From: a virus
Lineage: Duplodnaviria > Caudoviricetes
IMG/VR virus record: IMGVR_UViG_3300025012_000029
Coordinates: 96,001 to 160,000 of that record
Length of the DNA: 64,000 bases
Strand: one strand, 5' to 3'
Below are positions 38,885-48,296 of this stretch, one piece after another. The notes under the pieces were generated by a model, which did no database searches, was not told the origin of the DNA, and saw only the letters and a list, made by a program, of their open reading frames with translations. The translations under genes were made by a program, and so were the position numbers. The first letter of the stretch is position 1. The number at the start of each line of letters is the position of its first letter.

Positions 38885-40087
38885 TTAAATAATACAATAA
38901 TGTGAAGTTTTGACAATGTTACAAATAAATTCTATGTCGTCCTTGGACAAAGAAATATAATTTGGCAAAAATAATCCACAAGAATGAATCCGATCTGATA
39001 TTGGATGAGAATATTCCCCATACAAATTTTTCCAAAAAACAGATTTCCCCATATTTCCGGCCGAATATATTCTTGTTTCAATTCCATGGAGTTTTAAATT
39101 TCTTACAATAATTTTTCTGTGTTCTTCCGAACTAGCAAGAACAGCAAATGATATAGAAGCGACATTATTTTGTTCCACTTCTTGAACTTGAAACATAGAA
39201 CTTCCTTCAAATTGTTTTTTATAAAAAATATGATTTTCGTGTCTTTTCTTTCCTATGCTGTCCAATTTCGAAATTTGTCTTAAACCAACAAATGCCATTA
39301 AATCGGTAGGACGAAGATTCATGCCTGGAACAATGAAAGAAAACTGTTCATAAATCTTCGAAATATTATATTTTTCCACCATTTCTTTTTTTGAATCATC
39401 ATCTAAATCTCTTATAAATCCATGAGAACGTAACATCAATAGGTGATTATAAATTTCTTTATCATCAGTAAAAACAACTCCACCCTCCGGAGGAACTGTC
39501 GAAACTTGATGCCCAAAAAATAAACTCCATGTAGATATATCACCTACTGCACCTGATTTTGTGCCATCGACATAATGTGATGTTACTGCCGCACACCCAT
39601 CCTCAATCAAATAAAAACCATATTTATTTTTAAGTTGAAGTAATCGATTTTTATCACATAAAACCCCGAGCGGCTGAACAAACAATACTACCGCAGGATT
39701 TTCTCTTTCACATATAATTTCTAATTCATCCAAATCCATCCCAAAGTTATTTTTATCCGCTCCAACCATTATGGGTTTATCAAATCCAAAATTTATAAAT
39801 GGAGCAATTGAAGTTGCCCACGCAACAGATGGAACGACACATTTATTGTTTTTTAATTTTCCAATTATTTTCAAAGCGTATATTGCTAATAAATTTGCAG
39901 ATGAACCACTATTACAAAGAACAGCATATTTTCTTCCAACCCATTCAGCAATCTTCTTTTCAAATTCCTTTGTCAACTCACCCATTGTAAGTTTTGGTGT
40001 TGGATTTTGTAGCATCCATTCACACAATGCCTCAATATCTGATCGATCAAACGTATCTTTAGCAAGTGGAAATTTAATATCTATCAT
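38885..40087 (-). CDS. DegT/DnrJ-family PLP enzyme, His-type (ColD-like GDP-4-keto-6-deoxymannose 3-dehydratase)
   Basis: NSGSSANL, LIEDGCAA and SLFFGHQVSTVPPEGG, with His at the usual Schiff-base Lys position; adjacent to gmd and fcl/colC-like genes. Confidence 0.7.
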   Translation of the reverse strand: MIDIKFPLAKDTFDRSDIEALCEWMLQNPTPKLTMGELTKEFEKKIAEWVGRKYAVLCNSGSSANLLAIYALKIIGKLKNNKCVVPSVAWATSIAPFINFGFDKPIMVGADKNNFGMDLDELEIICERENPAVVLFVQPLGVLCDKNRLLQLKNKYGFYLIEDGCAAVTSHYVDGTKSGAVGDISTWSLFFGHQVSTVPPEGGVVFTDDKEIYNHLLMLRSHGFIRDLDDDSKKEMVEKYNISKIYEQFSFIVPGMNLRPTDLMAFVGLRQISKLDSIGKKRHENHIFYKKQFEGSSMFQVQEVEQNNVASISFAVLASSEEHRKIIVRNLKLHGIETRIYSAGNMGKSVFWKNLYGEYSHPISDRIHSCGLFLPNYISLSKDDIEFICNIVKTSHYCII

Positions 40088-40088
40088 T

Positions 40089-41069
40089 CTATTTCCTTTC
40101 GTTTTTCACCAATTCTTCATCAGCATCGTACATTATTTTAACAAGCTGTTTAAATTTCGTTTTCGATTCGAATTTGAGAACTGCTTTGGCTTTCGAACAA
40201 TCACCTAGTAACATTGGAACTTCTTGCGCTCTATAATAGATTGGATCTATACGAACACATTTTTCATAATTACCCAAACCGGCATATTCAAATGTTTCTT
40301 TTAAAAATTCTTCAACAGAATGCATTTCTTCTGAACACAGTACGTAATCGCCTGGATGTTTTTGTTGAAGAATTTTCCATATTCCTTCACAAATTTCAGG
40401 AGCATAACTCCAATCTCTAAATGATTTTAGATTACCTAAAACTAATTCTTTTTGTATTCCAGCTTTTATTCTTGCCGCACCTAATGTTATTTTTCTAGTA
40501 ACGAAGTTTTCTCCGCGTCGACTAGACTCGGTGTTAAAAACTATTCCACAACTCGTGTGCAGATTATAAGCATTACGATAATTTACAACTAGATTGTGCG
40601 CTGCTACTTTTGAGCAAGCATACGGACTAGCAGGCATAAATCTAGACAATTCATTAAATGGAACATCAGGATTAAATCCAAACTGCTCACTAGAAGAAGC
40701 TTGATATAACTTTGTTTCTGGACTCAACCTATGAATACATTCAAGTATCCTAAGAGTCCCTATAGCAACTGTATTAAATGCTTCTTCGGGCATGTCAAAA
40801 GAAACTCTAACATGGCTCATACATCCCAAATTATAGAATTCATCTATTTTATATTTTGTAAAAATATTTACAATTGAAATTGGATCGTTAAAATCAAAAT
40901 ACTCCAATTTCAAATTTGGACTTAATAGAATATGATTTATTCTGGTTGTAGAATTGATTGTAGAAGTTCTTCTTTTTAATCCAACAACATAATATCCCTT
41001 ATCTAATAAGAGTTCTGCTAGATAACTTCCAATCTGCCCAGTAATACCGCTAATTGCAGCAATTTTCAT
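40089..41069 (-). CDS. gmd: GDP-mannose 4,6-dehydratase
   Basis: GITGQIGSYLAELLL, SHVRVSF, QASSSE, SPYACSK, FVTRKIT and LGNLKSFRDW. Confidence 0.92.
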   Translation of the reverse strand: MKIAAISGITGQIGSYLAELLLDKGYYVVGLKRRTSTINSTTRINHILLSPNLKLEYFDFNDPISIVNIFTKYKIDEFYNLGCMSHVRVSFDMPEEAFNTVAIGTLRILECIHRLSPETKLYQASSSEQFGFNPDVPFNELSRFMPASPYACSKVAAHNLVVNYRNAYNLHTSCGIVFNTESSRRGENFVTRKITLGAARIKAGIQKELVLGNLKSFRDWSYAPEICEGIWKILQQKHPGDYVLCSEEMHSVEEFLKETFEYAGLGNYEKCVRIDPIYYRAQEVPMLLGDCSKAKAVLKFESKTKFKQLVKIMYDADEELVKNERK

Positions 41070-42034
41070 TTCACACCCCTACAGTTTGGATAATTCGTCG
41101 TAAACCATTTCACACTTTCTTTCAATGCTACATCAATGCCTGTGTATTTAAAATTGGGAAACAGTTTATCAAAATATTGCGACTCTGTTTTTCTGCGCAT
41201 TTGTCCATTTGGTTTATCTTTGTTCCAAACAATATCGGGATAACTCGTACCTAGTTGTGAATAAACACTCAAAAAAGACAAATCAATCTTTTCGACAATT
41301 TCTTTAATAGAAAATTCTTGACCAGGAACAATCAATCTTTGAGGCATTAGTTCATTCTTTTTCAACAACTCAACACAAACTTTTGCTAAATCTTGAGCAT
41401 AAATAAATTCTCTTTTTGGACTGCCATCGCCCCAACATTCAATATTGGTTTCTGTCGCAAGAGCATTATAAAACTTATGGATGAGAGAAGGAACAACATG
41501 TCCGTCTTCTAAATCATAATTGTCTTTAATCCCAAAAATGTTAGTAGGAATAATTGAGCAATAGTTTACATCGTATTGATCTCGATATGCTCCAATCTGC
41601 ACATCAACCATGCGCTTTGCCATAGCATAGCTCCAGTGAGCAGGAAATGGAGGACCATCGTGCATATTGTTTTCTCTTAAAACTTCTGTATTAGAAGGAA
41701 AAACACATACAGACGAAAAGGCAATTAATTTTTCAATTTTATGTAAGTGTGCTTGTTTGATGATGTTTGTATTCATCAAAATATTATCATTAAATTGCTG
41801 TACTGGGCTATTTAGATTCCTTCCGATCCCTCCAACTCTAGCAGCGCAATGAATTATGTATTCAGGCTTATACAGTCTAAAAAGTCTTTCTACTTCTGAC
41901 TCCTTTGTCAAATCGGCATTCTTGCGTCCAACAAATATGAAATCTAATTCAGGATGGTCAAAGGAAATAGTTTTAATGGCATTACCTACAAGACCGTCCC
42001 CCCCCGTAACAAGCGCGCGACATGGTTTATCCAT
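41066..42034 (-). CDS. GDP-fucose synthase / ColC-like reductase
   Basis: IHCAARVGGI, FSSVCVFP, YAMAKR, GHVVPSLIHK and WGDGSPKREFIY. Confidence 0.88.
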   Translation of the reverse strand: MDKPCRALVTGGDGLVGNAIKTISFDHPELDFIFVGRKNADLTKESEVERLFRLYKPEYIIHCAARVGGIGRNLNSPVQQFNDNILMNTNIIKQAHLHKIEKLIAFSSVCVFPSNTEVLRENNMHDGPPFPAHWSYAMAKRMVDVQIGAYRDQYDVNYCSIIPTNIFGIKDNYDLEDGHVVPSLIHKFYNALATETNIECWGDGSPKREFIYAQDLAKVCVELLKKNELMPQRLIVPGQEFSIKEIVEKIDLSFLSVYSQLGTSYPDIVWNKDKPNGQMRRKTESQYFDKLFPNFKYTGIDVALKESVKWFTTNYPNCRGVK

Positions 42035-42205
42035 TTATATATCCCCTATAGAAATTTGCCATTTTTTGTAACAAAACAATTGAAATTTCTTCAAATCATT
42101 TAAAATAACTTCGTCGTAATCAATTTTATCTTTTAAATAAACAAGAAAATATTCTAACTCTTTTTCAATACCACATTTAGAGCACGCTTTTATCATATTA
42201 GTCAT
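42035..42205 (-). pseudogene. Truncated HNH-family remnant (56 aa)
   Basis: Hand translation MTNMIKACSKCGIEKELEYFLVYLKDK...; KxCSKCGxEKEL matches the N-terminus of 51346..52155; no nuclease domain follows. Confidence 0.6.
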
Positions 42206-42218
42206 TATAACACGCTAG

Positions 42219-42977
42219 CTATCGCCCAAAACGCATATTCCATTTGCTTTCAGCATCTGTCCAATTATAATAATCGATTTTTATTCTCTGTGTTTGATCT
42301 TTGTCCCATATTTCTTCAAAAAGTTTTTTATCATTTTCAAAATATGCTCTTTGTATAGGTTTAGCGTCCGTTGTTACCCAAGACCAGTAAAAATTAGCAC
42401 ACGATTGATGCGATAGAATTATTTTACCACCATTATTCTGAATTCTAAACGAAAGATCGTGTGTATTCATATTTATGTGGAGAAACCGGCAATCTAAACC
42501 ACCCAATTCTCTAAAATAATTTGTATTATACATTCCTAGTGGAGCTATTTTATAGTCATCTGGGATACCAGCTAATTTCTGCATATCACCATGATGTTTC
42601 CCTCTCCAATAATCTAAAGGAAACTCTCCATTGCCTTCTCCTTCAAAATAACGTAATGTTATTCCATCTTTTTCTGTTGCTTGTCCGCTTTCAAATAATT
42701 GAATACATTGAGCTAAAGATCGAGGAGTTATAAATGTGCAGTCGTCCGATAACCACATTAAAAGTTTTCCCTCCGCTAGACAACTTCCCATTTGCACGCA
42801 TCTAGATGGAGATCCAAAATCTCTTATTACTTTAACTCCATCAATTGGAACATCATATGGACTGACAACAATTATCTCGTGAGAATATGGCTCAATTGCT
42901 CGGTCGAGCATGAATTGAATTTTCAATAAATTTTGGACTCGAATAGAAGGTATAATCACGGAAATATCAAATTTCAT
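42219..42977 (-). CDS. GT-A (GT2-like) glycosyltransferase, paralog 1
   Basis: ISVIIPSIR, GSPSRC, WLSDDC and YFRELGGLD. Confidence 0.75.
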   Translation of the reverse strand: MKFDISVIIPSIRVQNLLKIQFMLDRAIEPYSHEIIVVSPYDVPIDGVKVIRDFGSPSRCVQMGSCLAEGKLLMWLSDDCTFITPRSLAQCIQLFESGQATEKDGITLRYFEGEGNGEFPLDYWRGKHHGDMQKLAGIPDDYKIAPLGMYNTNYFRELGGLDCRFLHINMNTHDLSFRIQNNGGKIILSHQSCANFYWSWVTTDAKPIQRAYFENDKKLFEEIWDKDQTQRIKIDYYNWTDAESKWNMRFGR

Positions 42978-43291
42978 TTAATCTCCAAATTCTGGATAAC
43001 ATATCCTAAAAGTTGTTTACGAGAAATTCCTTTTTCAAAAGCCAATTGTTCAACTCTATTTTTCTTATCAATTCTCTCTTGAAATTTTTCTGCAGTGACA
43101 TTACCAAAAGCAATGCCTTCAGGTTCATCTCTATAATCCAATATGCGACCTAGTTCGTATGAACCATCATCATTTATCGCTACTTCTAAAGCAAGTCCCA
43201 ATGGATGAAAGAAGAGACGATTGGCTTCTTGAAGGAAACCAAATTCAAGAAATTCTTTAATATCCATATTTTTAATCTTATTAGAATTCAT
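42974..43291 (-). CDS. Phage hypothetical protein
   Basis: Likely start is ATG 43291 (ATGA overlap with the upstream gene); GFLQEANRLFFHPLGLALEV. Confidence 0.55.
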   Translation of the reverse strand: MNSNKIKNMDIKEFLEFGFLQEANRLFFHPLGLALEVAINDDGSYELGRILDYRDEPEGIAFGNVTAEKFQERIDKKNRVEQLAFEKGISRKQLLGYVIQNLEIK

Positions 43292-44073
43292 CCAAACCTC
43301 CTTTTCCATACTGCTGATGAATCTTTCCAATTATTAATGTCCAGTCTCATTTCTCCCATGGTCCACGAAGGATTTCTATATCGAGATTGAAATAAAGGCT
43401 TATCGTGTATAATTTGAGCAGATTCGATCGGAGCATGATCAAGTTGCTCATGATCACAATTTAGCAAAGGAAAATCAGACATCTTGACATTGGCGCCTAG
43501 ATATTGAGCCCGAACTGCCATGTCAGCGTGTGAGTAAAAAGTTCCTTCATACAAGGAATCCCATCCTCCAAGTTCTTCGAAAAAAGTCCGATGTATTATA
43601 GCAACATTAAAGAGCCACCACTCTTTTGAAATAAATGGCGATGAAGTCCAATCTGATCCGTTTAATTTGAAATAATTATCTGGTTGAAGAGGCTTCTCTG
43701 TACCATTTTTTCCTTCATAATATTTTGTCACAACAACATTTTTATTATTGTCTCCCATAGAACGAAGTAGATCTATATTTTTATCTAATGAATCTGGAAG
43801 GAGAATTCCATCATCGGCAATCCAAGTCACTAATTCTCCTTCACACATAGAAGCAGCAATTTGAGAAGCTCTCACAGGAGAACCATAATCTTTGACATAT
43901 TTAACACAATTAATAACTTCTAATTGTGGAGTAAGAGGAAATGGACCACATATGATTAATTCAAAAGTTTTTTTTGTAGAAGCAACAATTGAATCATATA
44001 CGGCATCCCAATTTTGTTGACGAATGCCTGGAAGGACTATCGATATTTCTGGTTTAGACATTGCAACTCCCAA
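43288..44073 (-). CDS. GT-A (GT2-like) glycosyltransferase, paralog 2
   Basis: ISIVLPGIR, GSPVRA, WIADDG and FFEELGGWD. Confidence 0.75.
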   Translation of the reverse strand: MGVAMSKPEISIVLPGIRQQNWDAVYDSIVASTKKTFELIICGPFPLTPQLEVINCVKYVKDYGSPVRASQIAASMCEGELVTWIADDGILLPDSLDKNIDLLRSMGDNNKNVVVTKYYEGKNGTEKPLQPDNYFKLNGSDWTSSPFISKEWWLFNVAIIHRTFFEELGGWDSLYEGTFYSHADMAVRAQYLGANVKMSDFPLLNCDHEQLDHAPIESAQIIHDKPLFQSRYRNPSWTMGEMRLDINNWKDSSAVWKRRFG

Positions 44074-45064
44074 TATATTCTATTACTTCGTCGATGCTTT
44101 CGTCGAGTGTTATTTTAGCTTCAAACCCAAGCAATTCTTTTGCCTTTGATACGTCGGGCTCTCTTCGAAGAGTATCATACTTGAATGGTTGCTCCATTTT
44201 GAATTCAAATGCTTCATTGGGTCGTAATTTGTTCCAAATAATTTCTGCTAATTCTTTTATCTTTATTGGATTTGGATTTGCGATATTAAAAATTTCATTC
44301 TCAGCAAGATTGCTTTCTAATGAAAGTCTAATACCTTTAGCAATATCTCGTACAGACGTAAAAGTTCTTATTTGATTTCCATCACCCAATATCTTTAACG
44401 GTTTTTGTCCAGATAAAGTTTTCATTATTAAATCTGGAATGACATGTGAACTTTCTCCTTTGCGAAAATCTTCCTCTCCAATCCCGCACGCATTCCAAGG
44501 ATTTATAATAGTATATGGCAATTTATATTGTTCACAAGCTGCTTTCGCAAAATACATTGTTCCTAATTTGGAAAATCCATATGAAGAAGGTGGAGGTGGT
44601 ATGTTAGGTATATCCGACTCAGATGTTGGAAATGTATCTGTCATATCCATAATCATTGAACTAGCTAACGCTACAATTCTTTTAAGTTGATGGTTTTGAA
44701 ATAAATCTATAGCACAATCAAACACGGAAGCATCTAGTCTCATATTTTCAGCTAGCAAATCAAATGCATTTGCATGAAAAAAAGATATGCCACCTATGGA
44801 AGCTGCGCAGTGAACAATGTAATCTACTTTATGTAGACCACTAAAAACTTCAACATTATCGCACGTACACCACTCGTTTAATTTTTTAGCATCTTCTTTA
44901 ATCAATTGAAAATTTGGATGATTATCGTGTGGCCTTTCGATGTAACCATATTTTGAATAATTATCTATAGATATGACATGATAATCATTATCAAGAAACT
45001 CTTGGCAAACCGCACTTCCGATGAAGCCTTGGCCACCAGTTACCAGTACCGTCGTCTTATTCAT
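44054..45064 (-). CDS. NAD-dependent epimerase/dehydratase (extended SDR)
   Basis: VTGGQGFIG, HCAASIGGI, YGFSK and GDGNQIRTF. Confidence 0.85.
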   Translation of the reverse strand: MNKTTVLVTGGQGFIGSAVCQEFLDNDYHVISIDNYSKYGYIERPHDNHPNFQLIKEDAKKLNEWCTCDNVEVFSGLHKVDYIVHCAASIGGISFFHANAFDLLAENMRLDASVFDCAIDLFQNHQLKRIVALASSMIMDMTDTFPTSESDIPNIPPPPSSYGFSKLGTMYFAKAACEQYKLPYTIINPWNACGIGEEDFRKGESSHVIPDLIMKTLSGQKPLKILGDGNQIRTFTSVRDIAKGIRLSLESNLAENEIFNIANPNPIKIKELAEIIWNKLRPNEAFEFKMEQPFKYDTLRREPDVSKAKELLGFEAKITLDESIDEVIEYIGSCNV

Positions 45065-45270
45065 TCTTGTTCGTCTTCTTTCGCACCAGACTCTACTGAT
45101 GCAATTAGTGGGCAGCTCTCTACTTCAAATTCTTCTCTAAAGACACGGTTTAGATTTCTAATAGCCGCATAAGCTTCTGCTTCGTTTTTATCAAAAAATA
45201 CCGCAACAAGTTCTTTGTCAAGAAGTTGAAATCTTTCTATCATACTCTTCGTAACGACATAAACTTTCAT
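45061..45270 (-). CDS. Small hypothetical protein
   Basis: 69 aa; coupled to its neighbours. Confidence 0.5.
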   Translation of the reverse strand: MKVYVVTKSMIERFQLLDKELVAVFFDKNEAEAYAAIRNLNRVFREEFEVESCPLIASVESGAKEDEQE

Positions 45271-45585
45271 CTATCTCTGCTCACGTATCAATTTAGCATA
45301 ATATCTTTTATCAAAAAGATTGAACCAGATATCGTCGTCGACATTTTTTTGAACTCCACGACACCAGTAACCCTTAATTTCTGTACGACTAGTATCTATG
45401 TCAATAGCATCATCAAACATATTCTTGCCGCATTCATCCCAAACAATCAATCTATCTCCATCCGTTAGAGGATGTAGATTCTCATATGAGCACTGCTCCT
45501 TATCATGGTCTGTCTGCATACACCAGATGATACCCTCTGTCCCAGTTGCTACATAAGCCAACAATTTTCCATCAAAAGTCTTCAT
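45271..45585 (-). CDS. Small hypothetical protein
   Basis: 104 aa; coupled to its neighbours. Confidence 0.5.
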   Translation of the reverse strand: MKTFDGKLLAYVATGTEGIIWCMQTDHDKEQCSYENLHPLTDGDRLIVWDECGKNMFDDAIDIDTSRTEIKGYWCRGVQKNVDDDIWFNLFDKRYYAKLIREQR

Positions 45586-46400
45586 TTCATTCTCATTCCA
45601 TCTGGAACTGTCTTGATATATTTCTCATTTTCTTCAATAATATATTTGAAGAATTCTACTTTTGTTCCGGAACACATTTTATTAAGTGCTGGTAAATCTT
45701 TGCTAAAACAGGGCCCGCAATATCCTCTCCAATTTGAATTCACAAGCAAATAGTCAGGCGGAATATGTGGAATATTCGTCATCGCATTTTTAATGTTATC
45801 GTAATCTGCTCCATATTTTTTCGAAAGTTCATGAAACGAATTCGCAAACACAACACGCATAGCGTTAAAAGAATTCAGAAAATATTTGCAAAGCTCTGCT
45901 TCAGTTGGACTTACCTTTACAAACTTCTTCGGCAATCTTCCATGCGCTTCTTTGATTTTTTCATAGACCATGTCACAATCAGTTCCAATAACACATAAAT
46001 CTTGTCTTTCGGAGAAATCTATAATTGCAGAACGCTCCTTGAGAAACTCTGGTACAAAACAAATATCAAAATCTGAATGCCTTTCTTGAATCTTTTTTGT
46101 GGTTCCGATTGCAACTGTAGATTTGATTGCAATAATAGGGCGCAAACGCCTTGGAAGCATCATTGCTTGCGTGTGCGCAATAATATCCTCAACAACGTCT
46201 TCTACAAAGCCTGTATAACACGAACCATCAGATTCCATAGGCGTTGGAACTGTAATAAAAATGATATCAGAATCAATAACATCGGCAATGTTTGTTTTTA
46301 GTTTTAAATCATGGCATTTTACTTCATGCCCTAACTTCTGGAAACCGAATTTACAAGCTGATCCAACAACGCCTTCGCTTCCAACAATCCCTAAACGCAT
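45582..46400 (-). CDS. UDP-glucose/GDP-mannose 6-dehydrogenase family (lacks the C-terminal domain)
   Basis: GIVGSEGVVG, FITVPTP, IKSTV, PEFL, ELCKYFLN and GPCFSKD (catalytic Cys); only 272 aa. Confidence 0.85.
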   Translation of the reverse strand: MRLGIVGSEGVVGSACKFGFQKLGHEVKCHDLKLKTNIADVIDSDIIFITVPTPMESDGSCYTGFVEDVVEDIIAHTQAMMLPRRLRPIIAIKSTVAIGTTKKIQERHSDFDICFVPEFLKERSAIIDFSERQDLCVIGTDCDMVYEKIKEAHGRLPKKFVKVSPTEAELCKYFLNSFNAMRVVFANSFHELSKKYGADYDNIKNAMTNIPHIPPDYLLVNSNWRGYCGPCFSKDLPALNKMCSGTKVEFFKYIIEENEKYIKTVPDGMRMK

Positions 46401-46416
46401 ATTTTGTTTCCTTTTC

Positions 46417-46599
46417 TTATATTTTCTTTTGCTTCAAGTGGTTGTAAATAAAGAGAACATTTTCTGGAAGGTTGTTTGGCTCATCTAAGGATGTTATTGT
46501 TATAGTTTTGCAATTCTTGTTTAGCAAAAGATTCACAAGATGGCGACCAATCATTCCTGTTCCGCCGCTTATTAGCACATTTTTGTTTTCAAAATACAT
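46417..46599 (-). pseudogene. Internally deleted SDR epimerase stub (60 aa)
   Basis: NVLISGGTGMIGRHLVNLLL (Rossmann beta1-alpha1) is followed by a stop after 60 aa. Confidence 0.7.
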
Positions 46600-47542
46600 T
46601 TTTCTTATACCATCTCAAAGTTTCTTTTATGCCTTTATCTATAGAAATTTTGGGTTGCCAATCAATGTCATTAAAAGCTTTATCATTTTTCATTGCTAAT
46701 TTTGTTGCAACAAAAGGCTTTGAAATATCATACTTGATTTTCAAATTTTTTCCAGAATAATCGATTATTTTTTGAACTATTTCAGAAACAGAAAATGACT
46801 TACCATAACTTACATTAAAAATATCAAACAATTTAGTTTGTCTTTGAATTACATCGTCAATAAAATCAACAACATCATCGATGTAAATTAAATCTCTTTC
46901 AGTTGATCCGTCGCCGCATACAACAATATCATCGCCTTCGTTTGCTTTCATAACCTTTGTTATGTTGGCACCCATAAAATGTGAACGTTCCAAATCAAAT
47001 TTATCATATGGACCGTAAGTATTACTAAGTCGCATTACTGTATGTTTCGTTCTACCAAGTCGAGAATAAAACTCACACATTTTCTCTATATAAACTTTCG
47101 TCCATCCAACACCAAAATAAGTTGGAACAATACCATCGCTTTCGTTAAAATCTTCTTCTGAAACTGGACTTTTGGCTGGATTATACATCACACCACAACT
47201 TGGAAATATAAAGTGCCTTACATTATTTTCAAAACATTTTTTCAACAAAAGAGAATTCATTACAGCATTATCAGTAACGTGTAAATAAGGTTTATTAATA
47301 GTGTCATCGATGCCCGACGACGCGGCAGCGCACTGTATTACTACATCAAACTTATTTTTAGAAAAAAAAGAATCAATCTCTTTATTGTTTGTTAATGTTA
47401 AATCAAATCCGTAGATCCTACTGTAATTCAACGATCTATTTAGCACAAGTCCAAACGTCTCATACCCTTGTCTACCACTGAAACTTTCAAATATATTTCT
47501 ACCAACAAATCCTGTCGCGCCACAAACTAAAATCTTCATCAT
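46589..47542 (-). CDS. NAD-dependent epimerase/reductase (GDP-fucose-synthase-like, atypical active site)
   Basis: VCGATGFVG, IQCAAASSG and NTYGPYD; VGWTK stands in place of the canonical YxxxK. Confidence 0.8.
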   Translation of the reverse strand: MMKILVCGATGFVGRNIFESFSGRQGYETFGLVLNRSLNYSRIYGFDLTLTNNKEIDSFFSKNKFDVVIQCAAASSGIDDTINKPYLHVTDNAVMNSLLLKKCFENNVRHFIFPSCGVMYNPAKSPVSEEDFNESDGIVPTYFGVGWTKVYIEKMCEFYSRLGRTKHTVMRLSNTYGPYDKFDLERSHFMGANITKVMKANEGDDIVVCGDGSTERDLIYIDDVVDFIDDVIQRQTKLFDIFNVSYGKSFSVSEIVQKIIDYSGKNLKIKYDISKPFVATKLAMKNDKAFNDIDWQPKISIDKGIKETLRWYKKNVF

Positions 47543-47558
47543 TCTTCTACCTTCTCTT

Positions 47559-47690
47559 CTAGAGATCTTCTAGAGAACCCAGACCAAGTTTTTTATCCAG
47601 ATTTTCTTTTACTTCTTTCCCAATTAACCCGAATCCGAACTTGCAAGCAGCGCCGACAACACCTTCAGATCCGATTATTCCTAGCTTCAT
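47559..47690 (-). pseudogene. Truncated paralog of the nucleotide-sugar dehydrogenase (43 aa)
   Basis: Hand translation MKLGIIGSEGVVGAACKFGFGLIGKEVK..., compared with MRLGIVGSEGVVGSACKFGFQKLGHEVK in 45582..46400; TAG at 47559-47561. Confidence 0.75.
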
Positions 47691-48072
47691 ATTCTTTTAC
47701 CTTCCTTTCCAATTCTGCTAATCGATTATTTTGTTTCCAAATCTTTTCAGGAAAAAAATGTCCTGTACGTATTAATGTTAAAAGTCGTTGAAAAAATGTA
47801 TTAATTGTTTCATTTATTATTCTAAGTGTCCCTTTAAACCAAGACAAATAAAATTTACGAAGACTCAATTGATCCCACAATTCATTTCGCATGGCATGTA
47901 TTTGCTGATAATCCCATTTAATTCTGTCATGCCATTCTTTGGCTGGTTTCATAACAGCAACATAACGACGACGATATTTAGAAACACGCTTTTCTAATTT
48001 CTGACATCTCCTATTGAGACGCCTGTTAGTCTCTTTATACCGTTCGATTTCCTGTTGTAACTCTTCGTTCAT
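47665..48072 (-). CDS. Hypothetical coiled-coil protein
   Basis: 135 aa, basic, with a heptad-like N-terminus. Confidence 0.5.
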   Translation of the reverse strand: MNEELQQEIERYKETNRRLNRRCQKLEKRVSKYRRRYVAVMKPAKEWHDRIKWDYQQIHAMRNELWDQLSLRKFYLSWFKGTLRIINETINTFFQRLLTLIRTGHFFPEKIWKQNNRLAELERKVKEYEARNNRI

Positions 48073-48296
48073 TGTTTTTCTACATATCCTGTACAGGATG
48101 GTAAATCTAACAGATCTTCAGGATCATTGTCCTCGTGTCCGTAACTCCATCCCCTACAAATAGGACAAATAATTTTTCCATCTTTTTCTAAACACTTAAA
48201 AGAACAATAGTCATAATACCATTCTTCGACTCCACAGCTAGAACAAATATGATATTTCTCTCCACAAACCTTACAAACTGTTCCACCGAATGCCAT
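48069..48296 (-). CDS. Small Cys-rich (zinc-finger-like) protein
   Basis: CKVC, CSSC, YCSFKC and CPIC in 75 aa. Confidence 0.55.
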   Translation of the reverse strand: MAFGGTVCKVCGEKYHICSSCGVEEWYYDYCSFKCLEKDGKIICPICRGWSYGHEDNDPEDLLDLPSCTGYVEKQ

